Source: Octopus vulgaris (taxonomy: Eukaryota). Taken from it: a DNA stretch of 64,000 bases. Numbering within the stretch: position 1 is the stretch's first letter; the number at the start of each line of letters is the position of its first letter. Shown in pieces: positions 14,441 through 27,626 of this stretch. The stretch lies in NCBI GenBank assembly GCA_951406725.2, contig OX597836.1, forward strand, positions 22,134,001-22,198,000. The letters are read 5' to 3'. The translations under genes were made by a program, and so were the position numbers. The notes beneath the pieces are model-generated. The model saw only the letters and a program-made list of their open reading frames with translations. It was not told where the DNA came from and ran no database searches.

Positions 14441-14929
14441 TATATATATGTGTGTGTATGTTTGTGTGTCCATGTTTGTCCCCCTAGCATTGCTTAACAA
14501 CTGACGCTGGTGTGTTTATGTCCCCATAACTTAGCGGTTCAGCAAAAGAGACCGATAGAATAGTTACTAGGCTTACAAAGAATAAGTCCTGGGCTCGATT
14601 TGCTCGACTAAAGGCGGTACTCCAGCATGGCCGCAGTCAAATGACTGAAACGAGTAAAGAGTAAAAGAGTATGTTGTCGAAGTATAACCAATTTATTGTA
14701 GATAGATTTTTAAAAAATCTTATATGGACTCCGATTGAGAACTATTGCTCTAAACCATCAATATGTCTCCTTCCACCCTGCAAGGGGCTGCTCTGTGTGG
14801 TGAGCATACTTTGCAAACCCCGTGCTACACTACTACCATAATGCCTTTGATAATGGCAAGACTGGCCCAGGGTTAAACTAAGATGATGAATGCACCAGCA
14901 TCGGTTGTCAAGCGATGTTGGGGGGACAA

Positions 14930-14978
<49 letters not shown>

Positions 14979-15411
14979 TAATAAATAAAACATATGCATA
15001 TATATATATATACATATATGTACGTACCTAGCTCTACATGTATATATACACGCATATATGAGTACAGGACACCAAAAAAACGTCGAACACAGTGAGAAAT
15101 GAAAACATAGACACAAACCCAAGGAACTGGAAATTTTTTTAAACAACAAAAAAATATAGAGTACAGGACAATTAACACAAGAAAAAAATCCTTCTTCAGT
15201 CGCCATGGTTTCATCTACTCTACGTTTCGAAGGTGAAGGCGAGACGTATCTTCGATAAGAAAATTTCCTTCCTGCGAAAAGCAAATCAATTAAAATTTGA
15301 GATCTTTTTCAGAGGGGTAAAAATGGTAACAAAACCAGGACAGTAACGACAGTACAAAATATAAGCAGTAAAAGACTGGACAAGGAAAAGATAAGCAGTA
15401 AAAGACAGGAC

Positions 15412-15448
<37 letters not shown>

Positions 15449-18400
15449 TATATACGACAGACTTCTTTCAGTTTCTGTCTACCAAATTCACTGACAAGGC
15501 TTTGGTCGGCCCGAGGCTATTGTAGAAGACACTTGCCCAAGGTGCCACGCAGTGGTACTGAACGTGGAACCATGCAGTTCATAAACAAGCTACTAACCTC
15601 ACAGCCACTCCTACACCTTAAATCTAGTGAAATAATGTTTTGATCATAAATTAACATACAAATTTTGATGGAAGACAGTTTTAATTTAAAACGCTTTAAA
15701 GCAAGGAATTTGTACTATAGAACCAAATGTGGTCTCAGCTTGGTATCAAAAGCATTAATCAAGGTCTCCATTGTAACAGCATAAATTGTTCTTAATTATT
15801 CAAATTGGATAATTAATCTTTGAAATTGGTACTACTATTATCCAAGGCTACATCAGTTCTCTTTAAATTACCTAGTCCTCTGATAATCCTCTATAGTTAA
15901 TCTAATACAAACAATTATTCTTAAAGATACTAATACCACCTTAACACCTTCAGTGTTACACTCTAAGCTGTTTAACCCTTTTGATTCCAATTCACCTGAG
16001 ATTGTCTTTGGTTCTATAATACAAACTTCCTATGTAAAGTGATTTGAATTAAAACCTCCCTTCAAAATGTTAATTTATGTTTCAAATACCAACTTAACCC
16101 TTTCGATACGATACCAACCTGGCTGAAACCACCCCTGGTTCTGTTGTACAAATGTCTTGTTTTCATAAGTTTTGAATTAAAATCTTCCACCAAACCCTAG
16201 TCACAATTTATGTTCCTAACACCAGCTTAATGATAATTAAATTATTATACTAAATTTTTTGTTATATTTAAAATCAATTGAAAGAAACACAGGACATCTC
16301 AAAATAAATACAGTAACAAAAGGGTTAATAATGGTTACAAATTTTGGTACCAGGCCAGCGATTTGCGGGAGAGTCCATTAGATCAACCCTATAGTTCAAC
16401 TGGTCCTTATTTTATTGATCCCCAAAAGGATGAAATGCAAAGTCAATCTCAGCAGAGTTTGAACTCAAAATCTGAAGGTGACATTGACACAGGTATGGCT
16501 GTCTGGTGAAAAGCTTGCTTCCAAACCAAATGGTTCCGGGTTCTGTCCCACTGTGTGGCAAATGTCTTCTACTATAGCCTTGGGCTGACCAAAGCCTTAT
16601 GAGATAATTTGGTAGATGGAAACTGAACGAAGCCCTTTGTATGTGTATATATATATGTGTGTGTGTGTATATATATCTATGTATGTGCCTGTGTGTCCCC
16701 CCTATCACCGATTGACAACTGTTGTTGGTGTGTTTATGTCCTCATAACTTAGCAGTTCGGCAAAAGAGACTGATAGAATAAGTACTGGGCTTCAAAAATA
16801 AGTCCTGCAGTCTATTTGTTTGACAAAAACCCCTTCAAGATGGTGCTCCAGCATGGCTGCAGTCAAATGACTGAAACCAGTAAAAGAATGGACATAATGC
16901 CACTAAGTGTTTTGCCTGGTGTGCTTAATGATTCTGCCAGCTCACTGCCGTTAAATATCAACTTAATTATGACAATTATTTTACAGCAATCAATTGGTTT
17001 TGGTCTCCAAGAAATGAAAGCATTTGTTTGGCAAGTTCCATATAAAAGGTTTACTAGTGAAAAACAGTCTCACGCCCACACACTCACACACATATTCATT
17101 GTCTTTAATTTGTATGTATGTATATCTAGATATGTGTGTGTGTGTGTTGGCATGTGTATGTGTTGGCATTTGTGTGTGACTGAAGTCATTCATGAAAATG
17201 TAAAAAACAATGTGTGTGTATGTGTCTGTGACTGTTTTTCAGTGTTCAGCTGCAAAAAATAAACATTTTACACGGAACTTTCATTTCTTTGAGACCAAAA
17301 ACCAATTGATTACCTATTTTACTAATGTCTTCATTGATTTCAAAATTGACTGGAAAGAATGGCAGTGTATCTCACCTGAAACAGGGTTACAAAAGGGTTA
17401 TACTGAATTGAACCTTCCATCCAAACTTCCTTTTAATTTAGATCCAAATACCAGTTTAATGATGACAAAATTATTTTATTAAATATTTAATTATTTTCAA
17501 AATTAACTGAACCTAAGACAGTTCATTTTAACAGAAATATGGTAATGAATGAGTTAGGTAAATAATTTCAATAATAATATCTTTATCAATTTGTGTTGCA
17601 AGATTTCTGATGTGAAATCGTGTGTTGAAACAGATATTTTTGTATTTTGGAAAGGTCCTTTTTTTGACCATATAAACACACACAATATATATTTTTTTTA
17701 CTCTATATTATATAATAATAAACTCTATATAATAAATGAGTGAAGAAAAAATATATAGTGTGTGTGTTTATTTGGCAAAAATAAAAAATAAAACGACCAT
17801 CTACAATATCAATAATGATAATAATTAACATTAAATAGAATTCACAATTCTACCAAAACATGCACTATGAGAAATACAAAAGCTGCTATTTGTGGTGTTT
17901 ACATTTGGTTGAAAACAGAACAGAAGCATTATCAGCTTTGAAGGTCAGTTTCTGAATAAAAAGTAAATGTAAAAGGTCACCAAGAATCAAGGACAAAAAC
18001 ACGTTGACCCTGATGGAATATCTAATGACATTGAGATTTCATACAATGTATAAAAACTGTATTTGTTAAATAATAATAATGATAAAAGGGAAAGGTAGTT
18101 TCAAATAGTAATGGCTTGTTTTGATGCAGGTATGGCTGTGTGGTTAACAAGTTTATATTCCAACCTCATGAGTTCAAGTTCAGTTCCTCTGTGCAGCACT
18201 ATAAGCAAGTATCTTCTCCTACACCCCCAGATCAGCAGATCAGCCAGTCTTGTTGAGTGGATTTGGTGGGGTAAACTTAAAGAATCTCATCATTGTGTGT
18301 ATGTGTGTGTGTATGCAAAGGCATATGGCTTGGTTGTTAGAGTATTTGGCTCATAATCATAAGGTCATGATTTCTAATCCCAGTGGTGTGTTGTGCCCTT

Positions 18401-19174
18401 AAGCAAGACACTTTATTTCATGTTGCTCCAGTTTACTCAGCTGGCAATAATGAACAGTACCATGTCACATTCTGTGTCACTCTGAACTATTGTGTGTGTC
18501 TGTGGAGTGCTCAGCTGCTTGCATATTAATTTCCTGAGCAGACTGTTCTCTTGATCAGATCACCTGAAACCCTCATTGCAATAACAGATGAAGTGCCAGT
18601 TTCTATATGTGTGTGTGTTGTTGTGGTGAAAAAATTACTTTTTCTCAGAATATTCTGCACAACAATTTTTTTAGAAGTCCGAACATCTTTTTACTGCTAA
18701 CCATTCAACTTCAAATTACAATTATTAATTGTTAGAAGTCAAGTAGACTGAGATGTATATATACTGTTATTGTATAGAGTGAAAGTTCAGTAAGAAGTTT
18801 TGAACTCATTATCTTGTGGTTAGTAATCCATTACTTTAAATTTGAAGCCATTAAGTCTTTAAACATTATTTTACTGGTTTTAGTCTTTCAACTGTTGCTA
18901 TAATGAGGTATCACCTTCAAAACTTTAATTGATCATACTGACCTCAGTACATATTTCAATCTGCATGGTACCTTGGGCAAGCATATTCTACTATAACCCC
19001 AGGCCAACCACAGACTTGTGACTTAATTTGGTAGATGGAAACTGCAGCGTTGTTCATCAGAAAATGACTGAAAAACATGTTTATAAAGAAGAGTTGTTTG
19101 CTTCATATTCCTCGTGTGTTAATTCTGCCCATAAGAAAGGAACAAACAATACAATGTGGCTGTCGGTCACAACA

Positions 19175-19202
19175 CCTGGGCAATGCCGGGCGCATTGCTA
19201 GT
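19175..19202 (+). mobile_element. Helitron 3' terminus
   Basis: Subterminal hairpin cctgggcaatgccggg followed by CTAG|T. Confidence 0.5.
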
Positions 19203-19318
19203 ATATATATATATTTATTAAGGATTTCGCTGAGGCATAGCGATACTAATGACTTGCAGTTAGAACCAAAGTGCATATCAGTGTTAGGTGAGTACAAAAC
19301 ATAATATGAAATTAAAAG

Positions 19319-19508
19319 AATTACATAAACAACTTCATTAGCTTACATCTGTTTCTCCTATAAAAAGCACCATACTTAGAACTGAGTGCTTGTGCATCAC
19401 TTTATAGCTTCCTCAGAGCCTTTAAAACGATGTGCAAGCACTCAGCTCTGAATGCACTGCATCTTACAGCAAAAATGGCTGTACACTGATGTAGTTGATT
19501 ACATAATT
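19319..19508. mobile_element. Fold-back repeat, probably an inverted Penelope-like pLTR remnant with a decayed hammerhead
   Basis: The two ~90-bp arms are imperfect inverted copies (ctgagtgcttgtgcatc / gatgtgcaagcactcag). A hammerhead-like core lies on the minus strand. Confidence 0.55.
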
Positions 19509-20705
19509 ATTGATCCTTTGTCATTCATCATCATCATCATCGTTTAACGTCCGTTTTCCATGCTAGCATGGGTTGGACGGTTCGACTGGGGTCTGGGAAG
19601 CCAGAAGGCTGCGCCAGGCCCAGTCTGATCTGGCAGTGTTTCTACAGCTGGATGCCCTTCCTAATGCCAACCACTCCGTGAGCGTAGTGGGTGCTTTTTA
19701 CGTGCCACCTGCACGGGTACCAGACGAGGCTGGCAAACGGCCACATATATACTTATGGTTCTGGGTTCAGTCCCTCTGAGCAGCACTTTAGGCAAGTGTC
19801 TTCTACTATGGCCTCGGGCCTACCTCAGCGTTGTGAGTGAATTTGGTAGATGGAAATTGAACGAATCTCATCATACATCTGTGTGCATGTGGGTGTTTGT
19901 GTGTGCATCTTTGTGTCTGTTGGTACCTCCACCACTTGATGAATGGTACTTGTGTGTTTACATTCATGCAACTTAGCAGTTTGGCAAAAAAGAACTGATA
20001 GAATAAGTACCAAGCTTTAAAAAACAAGTACTTGGGTCTATTCATTCAACTAAAAAATTCTTCAAGGTTGTGCCCCAGCATGGCCACAGTCTAATGACTG
20101 AAACAAATAAAAAATAAAAAGATGTGTGTGTGTGTGTTAACCAGAGAAGTGACCTTTCAGAGCTGGATTGCATGCTACTACTTCACTGTTCACATCTTTG
20201 GGAGTGGGCCTGAGTTTGGCGAAGTTAAGCAGAATATTTATGTTGTGAAAATTGAGTAATTTAAACTGGGTTGCAGACCAGACTCTTGCCATCGAAATCT
20301 TAGCTTCGTAATTTCTCTAGTGTTCAAACCCCCCCCCCCCCGTTTCTGCCTTGTTTTCTGCTTAATCAAGGCCAGCCGGCTTAGATAAAATGTCAGCGTT
20401 GCACCCAATTGAATCAAATTTGAGCAAACAAAGACAAGAAAAAGAAAAGGAAAGACGTGGAGGGGACGGAAGAAGTGAAGTGAAAGAAAGCTAGACTTGA
20501 ATGAATTAGTAATGAAGAGGGAAGGGACTTCAACAGGTTGTGAGATAAGAAAGTATTGAAGTTTAGCGATTGTCTTCTTATCAACTTGGTTTTCTTGTGA
20601 TTTTTTGATGGAAGAAGTAGGGGTGTGCATGTGAGATATTTTGTGGTTGTAGCCACCTCATTAATGCCTTCCTATGAATGTGTATAAGGGTATCTAAGCA
20701 TGGAA

Positions 20706-21231
20706 GAGCCATAAAAATTACAGATACTGGTGAAGGAGAGTCGGAAATGGTTTTATTTTATTTTTTTAATTATGTAAATTATTTTTTTAAATAATTTGTG
20801 ACAGTTGATGGCCAATGGTATCTGTTTATTACAGGTTTCCAGTGTGCCAATTACAGTTTCATTGATATTTCTGGTCATAATAAGGGAGTATATGTAACTT
20901 GGTGCAGAGCAAATATCTCAAGGGACTTTGTTTGTAAAGCACTGCTTTTCCTCTCAGATTACTACCTGGAGCCATAAAAGTTACAGATACTGGTGAAGGA
21001 GAGTCGAAAATGGTTTTATTTTTATTTTTTTAATTATGTAAATTGTTATTTTTTTAAATAATTTGTAACAGTTGATGGCCAATGGTATCTGTTTGTTACA
21101 GGTTTCCAGTGTGCCAGTTACAGTTTCATTGATATTTCTGGTCATAATAAGGGAGTATATATAACTTGGTGCAGAGCAAATATCTCAAGGAACTTTGTAA
21201 AGCACTGCTTTTCCTCTCAGATTACTACCTG
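20706..21231. repeat. Tandem duplication, 2 x ~263 bp
   Basis: gagccataaaa...attactacctg repeats at 20706 and 20969 with few differences. Confidence 0.92.
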
Positions 21232-22199
21232 GTTATTATATTTTTTGTTCATATACATCAGTGTGTGTGTGTGTGTGGAGGGGGGTGTAAACATGAGTAA
21301 AATATTCTCTGACCTGTCTTGAAGAGCAAAAATGGCTCATCCAACCCATACCAACATGGAAAAGGGAGTAAAATGGTGTTGATGATTATATATGTGTATG
21401 TGCATGTGTGTATACACACACTCTCACACACACATTTGAAAAAATGAATAGAAATAGCTTTTCTGATTTTTTTCCCACTTGGGTTATCTATCCTGTACGT
21501 GAGAAGACTTATCAAGCCAAGTGAAATCCTAGCTGTGACCATTGCCAGTGTCATGTAAATGGCACCCATGCCAGTGGCACATAAAAGGCACCCATTACAC
21601 CCTTGGAGTGGTTGGCATTTGGAAGGGCATCCAGCCATAGAAACCATGCCAAATCAGACTGGAACCTGGTTCAGCTCTCCGTCTTACCAATTCCAACCAA
21701 ACCGTCTAACCCATGCCAGCATGGAAAGTGGATGTTAAATGACGATGATGATTAGTGTCTTTCTTGCTAATAAGGTTCCTCATTGATAGTAACGGTTATT
21801 ATTTGGTTTTATTTATATTGACTTTTGACTTGCTCATCACATATCTTTTACTGGTTTCAGTCATTTGTAAGCCTAGTACTTATTCTATCGGTTTCTTTTG
21901 CCGAACTGCTAACTGTCATTAAGCTGGTCTTTGGAACATAATTTAACAGGAAATTTTGAGGGGAGGCTTGGCATCACTTTAAGCCTTTTGTTACCATATT
22001 TCTGTTAAAATGTTCTGCCTTTTGTTTTAATTAATTTCGAAAATAATGAAGAATTTAATGAATTAACATTATTATTCAGCTGGTGTTTAGAACATAAATT
22101 AACAGGAAATTTGAAGGAAGGTTTAAATTTAGATCACTCTAAATCAGGAAATTTAAACCATAGAATCAGGAATGGTCTCAGACAAGTTGGTATCAAGAG

Positions 22200-23130
22200 G
22201 ATTAAATCTCACTGCCACTCTACTCTGGCCAGGAATTTCTTCTGAAATCTCAATATCTTCATTTGGTGTTTGTTGAATTACTGCTTGATTTATTATTTTG
22301 AATTCTTCAGCTTTCAGTTCCTTAAAGTCTCTTAGCACATGCCTTTAATAATTGTTGATTGTACACACAGCCTGTACATCAAGATCTTGCTATTGGAAAA
22401 CATTTTATGTTGTAGCTGGCGCCATCAATACTGACATTGCAATTTCAAAGCAAAGAATTAATGTTATGTAAAGAATTGCTGCTGCTTCTTCTCTTACTGG
22501 AATATGGTTGACCACTTTCACATTACCTTGATCAGAAATTGTACAAGAACTGGGGGTTTTTTTTGTTGTTTTTACTCGTTTGTCATAAGACTGTGGCCAT
22601 GCTGGGGCACCATCTTGAGTCTTTAGTCGAATGAATCAACCCCCAGTTCTTATCTTGCTTTTTTTTTTAAAGCCTGGTACTTATTCTATTGGTCCGTTTT
22701 GCTGAACCACTAAACTACAGGGATGTAAACACACCAACACCAGTTGTCAAGTAGTGGTTGGGGACAAACACAGAAACAAAGACACACACACACACACACA
22801 CACATAATACAATGAGCTTCTTTCAGTTTCCTTTCTATCTACCAAATCCACATACAAGGCTTTGGTCGACCCAAGGCTATAGTTGAAGACACTTGCCCAA
22901 GGAGGGATCGAACCAGGAATCATGTGTTCCTGTAGGAAGCAAGCTTCTTACCACACAACTACACCTGCACTTGTTAACTTTTCTTCAACATGGTTCATAG
23001 CAATTTCTCAGTGCGTTTATTTTGGCTTAGAGAAGTTTTACCATTCTTGAATTGTGGAACCAAGTGTAGATGGAGAGTTGAGTTTCATATCAATAGAGCA
23101 TGCTGCGTATCATTGAAAAGAAACTAACTT
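22200..23130 (-). mobile_element. Possible decayed mariner-like transposase remnant, split by a SINE (22573-22970)
   Basis: Frameshifted minus-strand peptide IYTWFH/FKNGKTSL resembles the mariner helix-turn-helix region (VYxWFxxFKxGxxSL). Weak. Confidence 0.25.
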
Positions 23131-23281
23131 TTCTACTGTATTAAAGAACAAGGCATGATGATGATAACAAGGTAAGCATGTTGGAGGAATGAAGTAAAGG
23201 GGTAGGGTGGGGCGTATTTAAACCAGGGTTGGCCAATTTCTTACATATATCAACGAACCCTTTATGGTATCATCAATAAAA

Positions 23282-23513
23282 GGCGGCGAGCTGGCAGAAA
23301 CGTTAGCACACCGGGCGAAATGCTTTGCGGTATTTCGTCTGCGTTACATTGTGAGTTCAAATTCCGCCGAGGTCGACTTTGCCTTTCATCCTTTCGGGGT
23401 CGATAAATTAAGTACCAGTTACGCACTGGGGTCGATGTAATCGACTTAATACCTATGTCTGTCCTTGTTTGTCTCCTCTGTGTTTAGCCCCTTGTGGGTA
23501 ATAAAGAAATAGG
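23282..23513 (+). mobile_element. MetaSINE-like family B, full length
   Basis: Head ggcggcgagctggcagaa (A-box-like), B-box gagttcaaatt, Meta core. TSD ggtatcatcaat. Confidence 0.88.
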
Positions 23514-23741
23514 TATCATCAATGACTTATTGACTCCCAACATATGAATTTCTAAAATAAAATTAAAAAGTATAATTAATAAAAAAAGTATTTCTTGGTT
23601 TGAAAATGATAATTCCTTTATTCTTTATTGTCATTGCCACTTTTTTAATTAATAAGAAATATCTAAATCAATTTTATGAAAATACTTAACGAAATTGATA
23701 ATGAGCAATAAGTTTAGTGTTGTTATATTGACATAACTAAA

Positions 23742-23971
23742 GGTGGCGAGCTGGCAGAAACGTTAGCACGCCGGGCGAAATTCGTAGCCGTATTTCGTCT
23801 GCCGTTACATTCTGAGTTCAAATTCCGCCGAGGTCGACTTTGCCTTTCATCCTTTCGGGGTCGATAATTTAAGTGCCAGTTATGCACTGGGGTCAATGTA
23901 ATCAACTTAACTCGTTTGTCTGTCCTTGTTTGTCCCCTCTGTGTTTAGCCCCTTGTGGGTAGTAAAGAAAT
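23742..23971 (+). mobile_element. MetaSINE-like family B, full length
   Basis: Same structure as the copy at 23282. TSD tatattgacataact. Confidence 0.88.
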
Positions 23972-24981
23972 ATATATTGACATAACTGAAATATTTAATG
24001 TGAAATGGCTGCAAATTAGTGAGTTTTAGCCTTAAATTACCCTTACTCTTCTTGATTCAGTTCCTGAAATAATTCAGCATCCTTAATACCTAAAATCGTT
24101 TCAAGTGTTTATTGACCCCATTGAATAGCTTCATAAAACCCTTTAGGGGTCAATATTGACCTCTTCACCAATCCCTGATTTAGACAAACCTAACCATGAT
24201 TGTTGAACATGTGAAAAAAATTAGTTAATTTATAATAAATAAACTGGTTCTAGGTGGTGCTATTTCATGCTGCCACGAGGTTCTGTCAAGAAAGGAGACT
24301 GTGATCTAAACAAGTTTGTGGACTCAGTTTTTCCCCAGCACCTGAAACAAGTCTTTCCTCATTAACAACACCTGTTGAGTTTGGTGTCAGGTGAGAATAA
24401 GCAACATAATAAAAGCCAAGGAACCTAACACTGCCCATTATCATTATTAAACAATAATAATAGAAACAATGATAATTATTATTATTATTACTATTAAAGG
24501 TGTGATGAGCTGGCAGAGTTGTTAGCGTGCTGGGTGTAATGCTTAACAGTATTTTACCTGTTATGTTCTGAGTTCAAATTTCGCTGGGGTCCACTTTACC
24601 CTTCATCCTTCTGGGGTCAATAAATTAAATACCAGTTGAGTACTGGGGTCGATGTAATCGACTATCCCCCTCCCCATATTTCAGGCCTTGTGCCTATAAT
24701 AGAAAGTATTATTATTGTTGTTGTTATTTTGCACACCTGTTCAATACCACCACCACCACCATAGCCACTAACATCAGTGAGGGTGTCTATCTGCAGTTAT
24801 TTGACTTGTTAGAAATAGTAGCTAAATCTCATCTAAAATCACAACTAGCTGTCTGAGAGAAAAAATAACTGAAAGACACATGGTGGCATAATGTAGTCTG
24901 AGATACACTATGACTGAATTATAAATGGAATGGTCACGATTGGAAACCCATTGATTATTGGTTTGTTGAATTAAGGTTCAA

Positions 24982-25590
24982 GCAGAATTGTTGGCACACC
25001 GGGCAAAATACTTAGCAGCATTTGACTTGTCTCTACATTCTGAGTTCAAATTCCACCAAGGTCGACTTTGTCTTTCATCCTTTTGGGGTCGATAAAATAA
25101 GCAGCAGTTCAGTACTGGGATTGATGTAATTGACTTAGCCCCTTATGCCAAAATTTGAAGCCAAAGATGGAGAACTGAAAGAATCGTTAGCATGCTGGGC
25201 AAAATGCTCAGTGATATTTCATCTATCTTTATGTTCTGAGTTCAAATTCTGCCAAGGTCGACTTTGCCTTTCATTTTTTCGGGGTCAATAAAATAAGTAC
25301 CAATTGAGCACTGGGGTCAATGTAATTAATTCACCCTTCCCTTGAAATTGCTGGCCTTGTGCAAAAATTTGAAACTAAAGCTATCAAACTGGCAGAACCG
25401 TTAGCATGTTGGGCAAAATGGTTAGTGGCATCTCCTCCATCTTTACATTCTAAGTTCAATTTCTGCTAAGGTTGACTTTGTCTTTCTTCCTCTTGGAGTC
25501 GATAAAATAAAGTACCAGTTGAGCACTGGCGTCAATGTAATTGCCTTAACCCACCCTTGAAATTGCTGGCTTGTGCTAAAATTTGAAACC
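24982..25590 (+). mobile_element. Head-to-tail array of three older MetaSINE-like units
   Basis: Three ~200-bp units, each running gcagaa..ttagca..gagttcaaatt..gtcgactttg..cactgggg..aaaatttgaa. Confidence 0.75.
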
Positions 25591-26987
25591 GATATGATGG
25601 TGGTAATGGTAGTTTATCTTGTAGTGATGGTGGTGGTGGAGTGATAATTATGGTGATTATGGAGATGGTTGATAGTAGTAGGTGATAAGTGTTGATGGTG
25701 GTGGGGCTGGTAATAGCTGTGGCTTTAGTAATGATATGATGATGGTGGTGGTAAAAGAAGCTGATGATTATGAGGGTGGTGGTGATTGTGATGGTAGCCC
25801 AGTTCACTAGGGTGTGGGTTAACCTGCTTGGCTGTCCTTCAGGGCAACACCCCCATCCTCCACACTAAGCATGGTAATGTAAGCTAGGCTAGAACACCTG
25901 AGATACATCCTCCCCATCAGCTGTCTAAACAGCAACATAACCTCAAGCCAGCATGAGATGCCCTATGCAGTCCCTTGACCTACTAGAAATAGCAACCAAA
26001 TATCTATCAAAAACACTATAGAAGAAGGAAGAGCACACTGGGAAGATCTTAGTTTAAAAATCTATGTAATTATAGCTGACTGGCCTTGAACTTCCAGCAG
26101 CTGCTGTTGCTGCTACTATTACTACTACTACTTGAGAAAGGATTTTATTAGTAGTCCCTAAAGGACAAAAAAGAAACAGTCAAATTTCCCTCAGATCATA
26201 TTACTAAAAAGAGAAAGGCATGTATAATGTAGTCCAAGATACATTGTGTCACTGTTGTGGTTATGGCTGGAACGTCTTTGATCATATACTGTAGGCCAAC
26301 CCAGTGTGAGATGAGTGGGAGATAAACCACCACCAACAACAACATCACTAGTACTACTGCTACTGCGGCTCCACTACTACTACTACTACTAGAAGACACT
26401 TGCCCAATGTGCTGCACTGTGGGATTGAACCAGAAACACATAGCTGGAAAGCAAGGCTCTCAGCCATGCTTATGTCTATACTTGTGCATATCTATGCACA
26501 CGTGTCTTTGTGGGTGTGTATCATTATCATTATTATTATTAAGGTGGTGAGCTGGCAGAATCGTTAGCATGCCAGGCAAAATGCCTAGTGGCATTTCATC
26601 TGTCTTCGTGTTCTGAGTTCAATTTCTGCCAAGGTCAACTCTGCCTTTCATCCTTTTGGTATTGATAAAATAAATCCCAGTTGAACACTGGGATTGAGGT
26701 AATTGACTAGCCCCTCCCCATCAAATTTCAGGCCTTGTTCTTTTAACAGAAAGGATTATTATTATTAATGTGGCGAGCTGGCAGAATTGTTAGTGTGCCA
26801 GTCGAAATGCTTAGGGGTATTTCATCTGCCACTATGCTCTGAGTTCAAATTCTGCCAAGGTTGACTTTGCCTTTCATCCTATTGGAGTCAGTAAATTAAG
26901 TACCAGTTGAACACTGTAATCAATTCATCCCCTCCCCCAAAATAGGTGCCCTTGTGGAAAAATTTGAAACCATTATTTTTTTTTTTT

Positions 26988-27167
26988 ATATTGTTATTTA
27001 AAACAGTTTTGTTTGGTTCCACTTGTCTTAGTTTGGTGGGCTTCTAACAGAAACCCATCTCATCCAAGCTTTGGTGATCTAAGCCTGAATGAGATGGAGG
27101 GTTCTGTTAGAAACCTGTGAAATTTTAAGTTGCAAAGAGTCGAACCAAACAATTTTAAATAATAATA
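26988..27167. mobile_element. Palindromic MITE-like fold-back element
   Basis: Inner arms tctaacagaa..ccatctcat / atgagatgg..ttctgttaga and outer arms ttatttaaaa..tgtttggttc / gaaccaaaca..ttttaaataa. Confidence 0.6.
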
Positions 27168-27549
27168 AATGTAACTCCTGTGAAATTTGTTGAGCGCCGT
27201 TTTCTTTTGACTGTTCAGTCATTCATGTGTGTGAGTGTATGTCGGCCGATCTCAAAACACAGAGCTTTACAAAGGAGATGACTGAGGGCTGAGGTATGTA
27301 GTGTATTACTGTACTCAAGAAGACCCGCCCACCAGCAACAGAAATGAGATCCTAAAACCAAGGTGCCATGTAAAAAGCACCCATTACACTTTGTAAAGTG
27401 GTCGTTGTTAGGGAGGGTATCCAGTCATGGAAACCAAGCCAAAACAGACTTTGGAACCTGGTGCTGCCCCTCACCTGGCCAGTTCCTGTCAAGCTGTCCA
27501 ACCCATGCCAGCATGGAAAACAGACATTAAATGTTAATGATGATGATGC

Positions 27550-27589
<40 letters not shown>

Positions 27590-27590
27590 A

Positions 27591-27626
<36 letters not shown>

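Noticed and set aside
14742-15284. Longest ORF in the track (180 aa) and a nearby GAAACGTA...CTGAAGA hammerhead-like pair
   Set aside because: The ORF runs through a TA microsatellite and SINE pieces. The core halves are in an order and pairing that do not give helix I.
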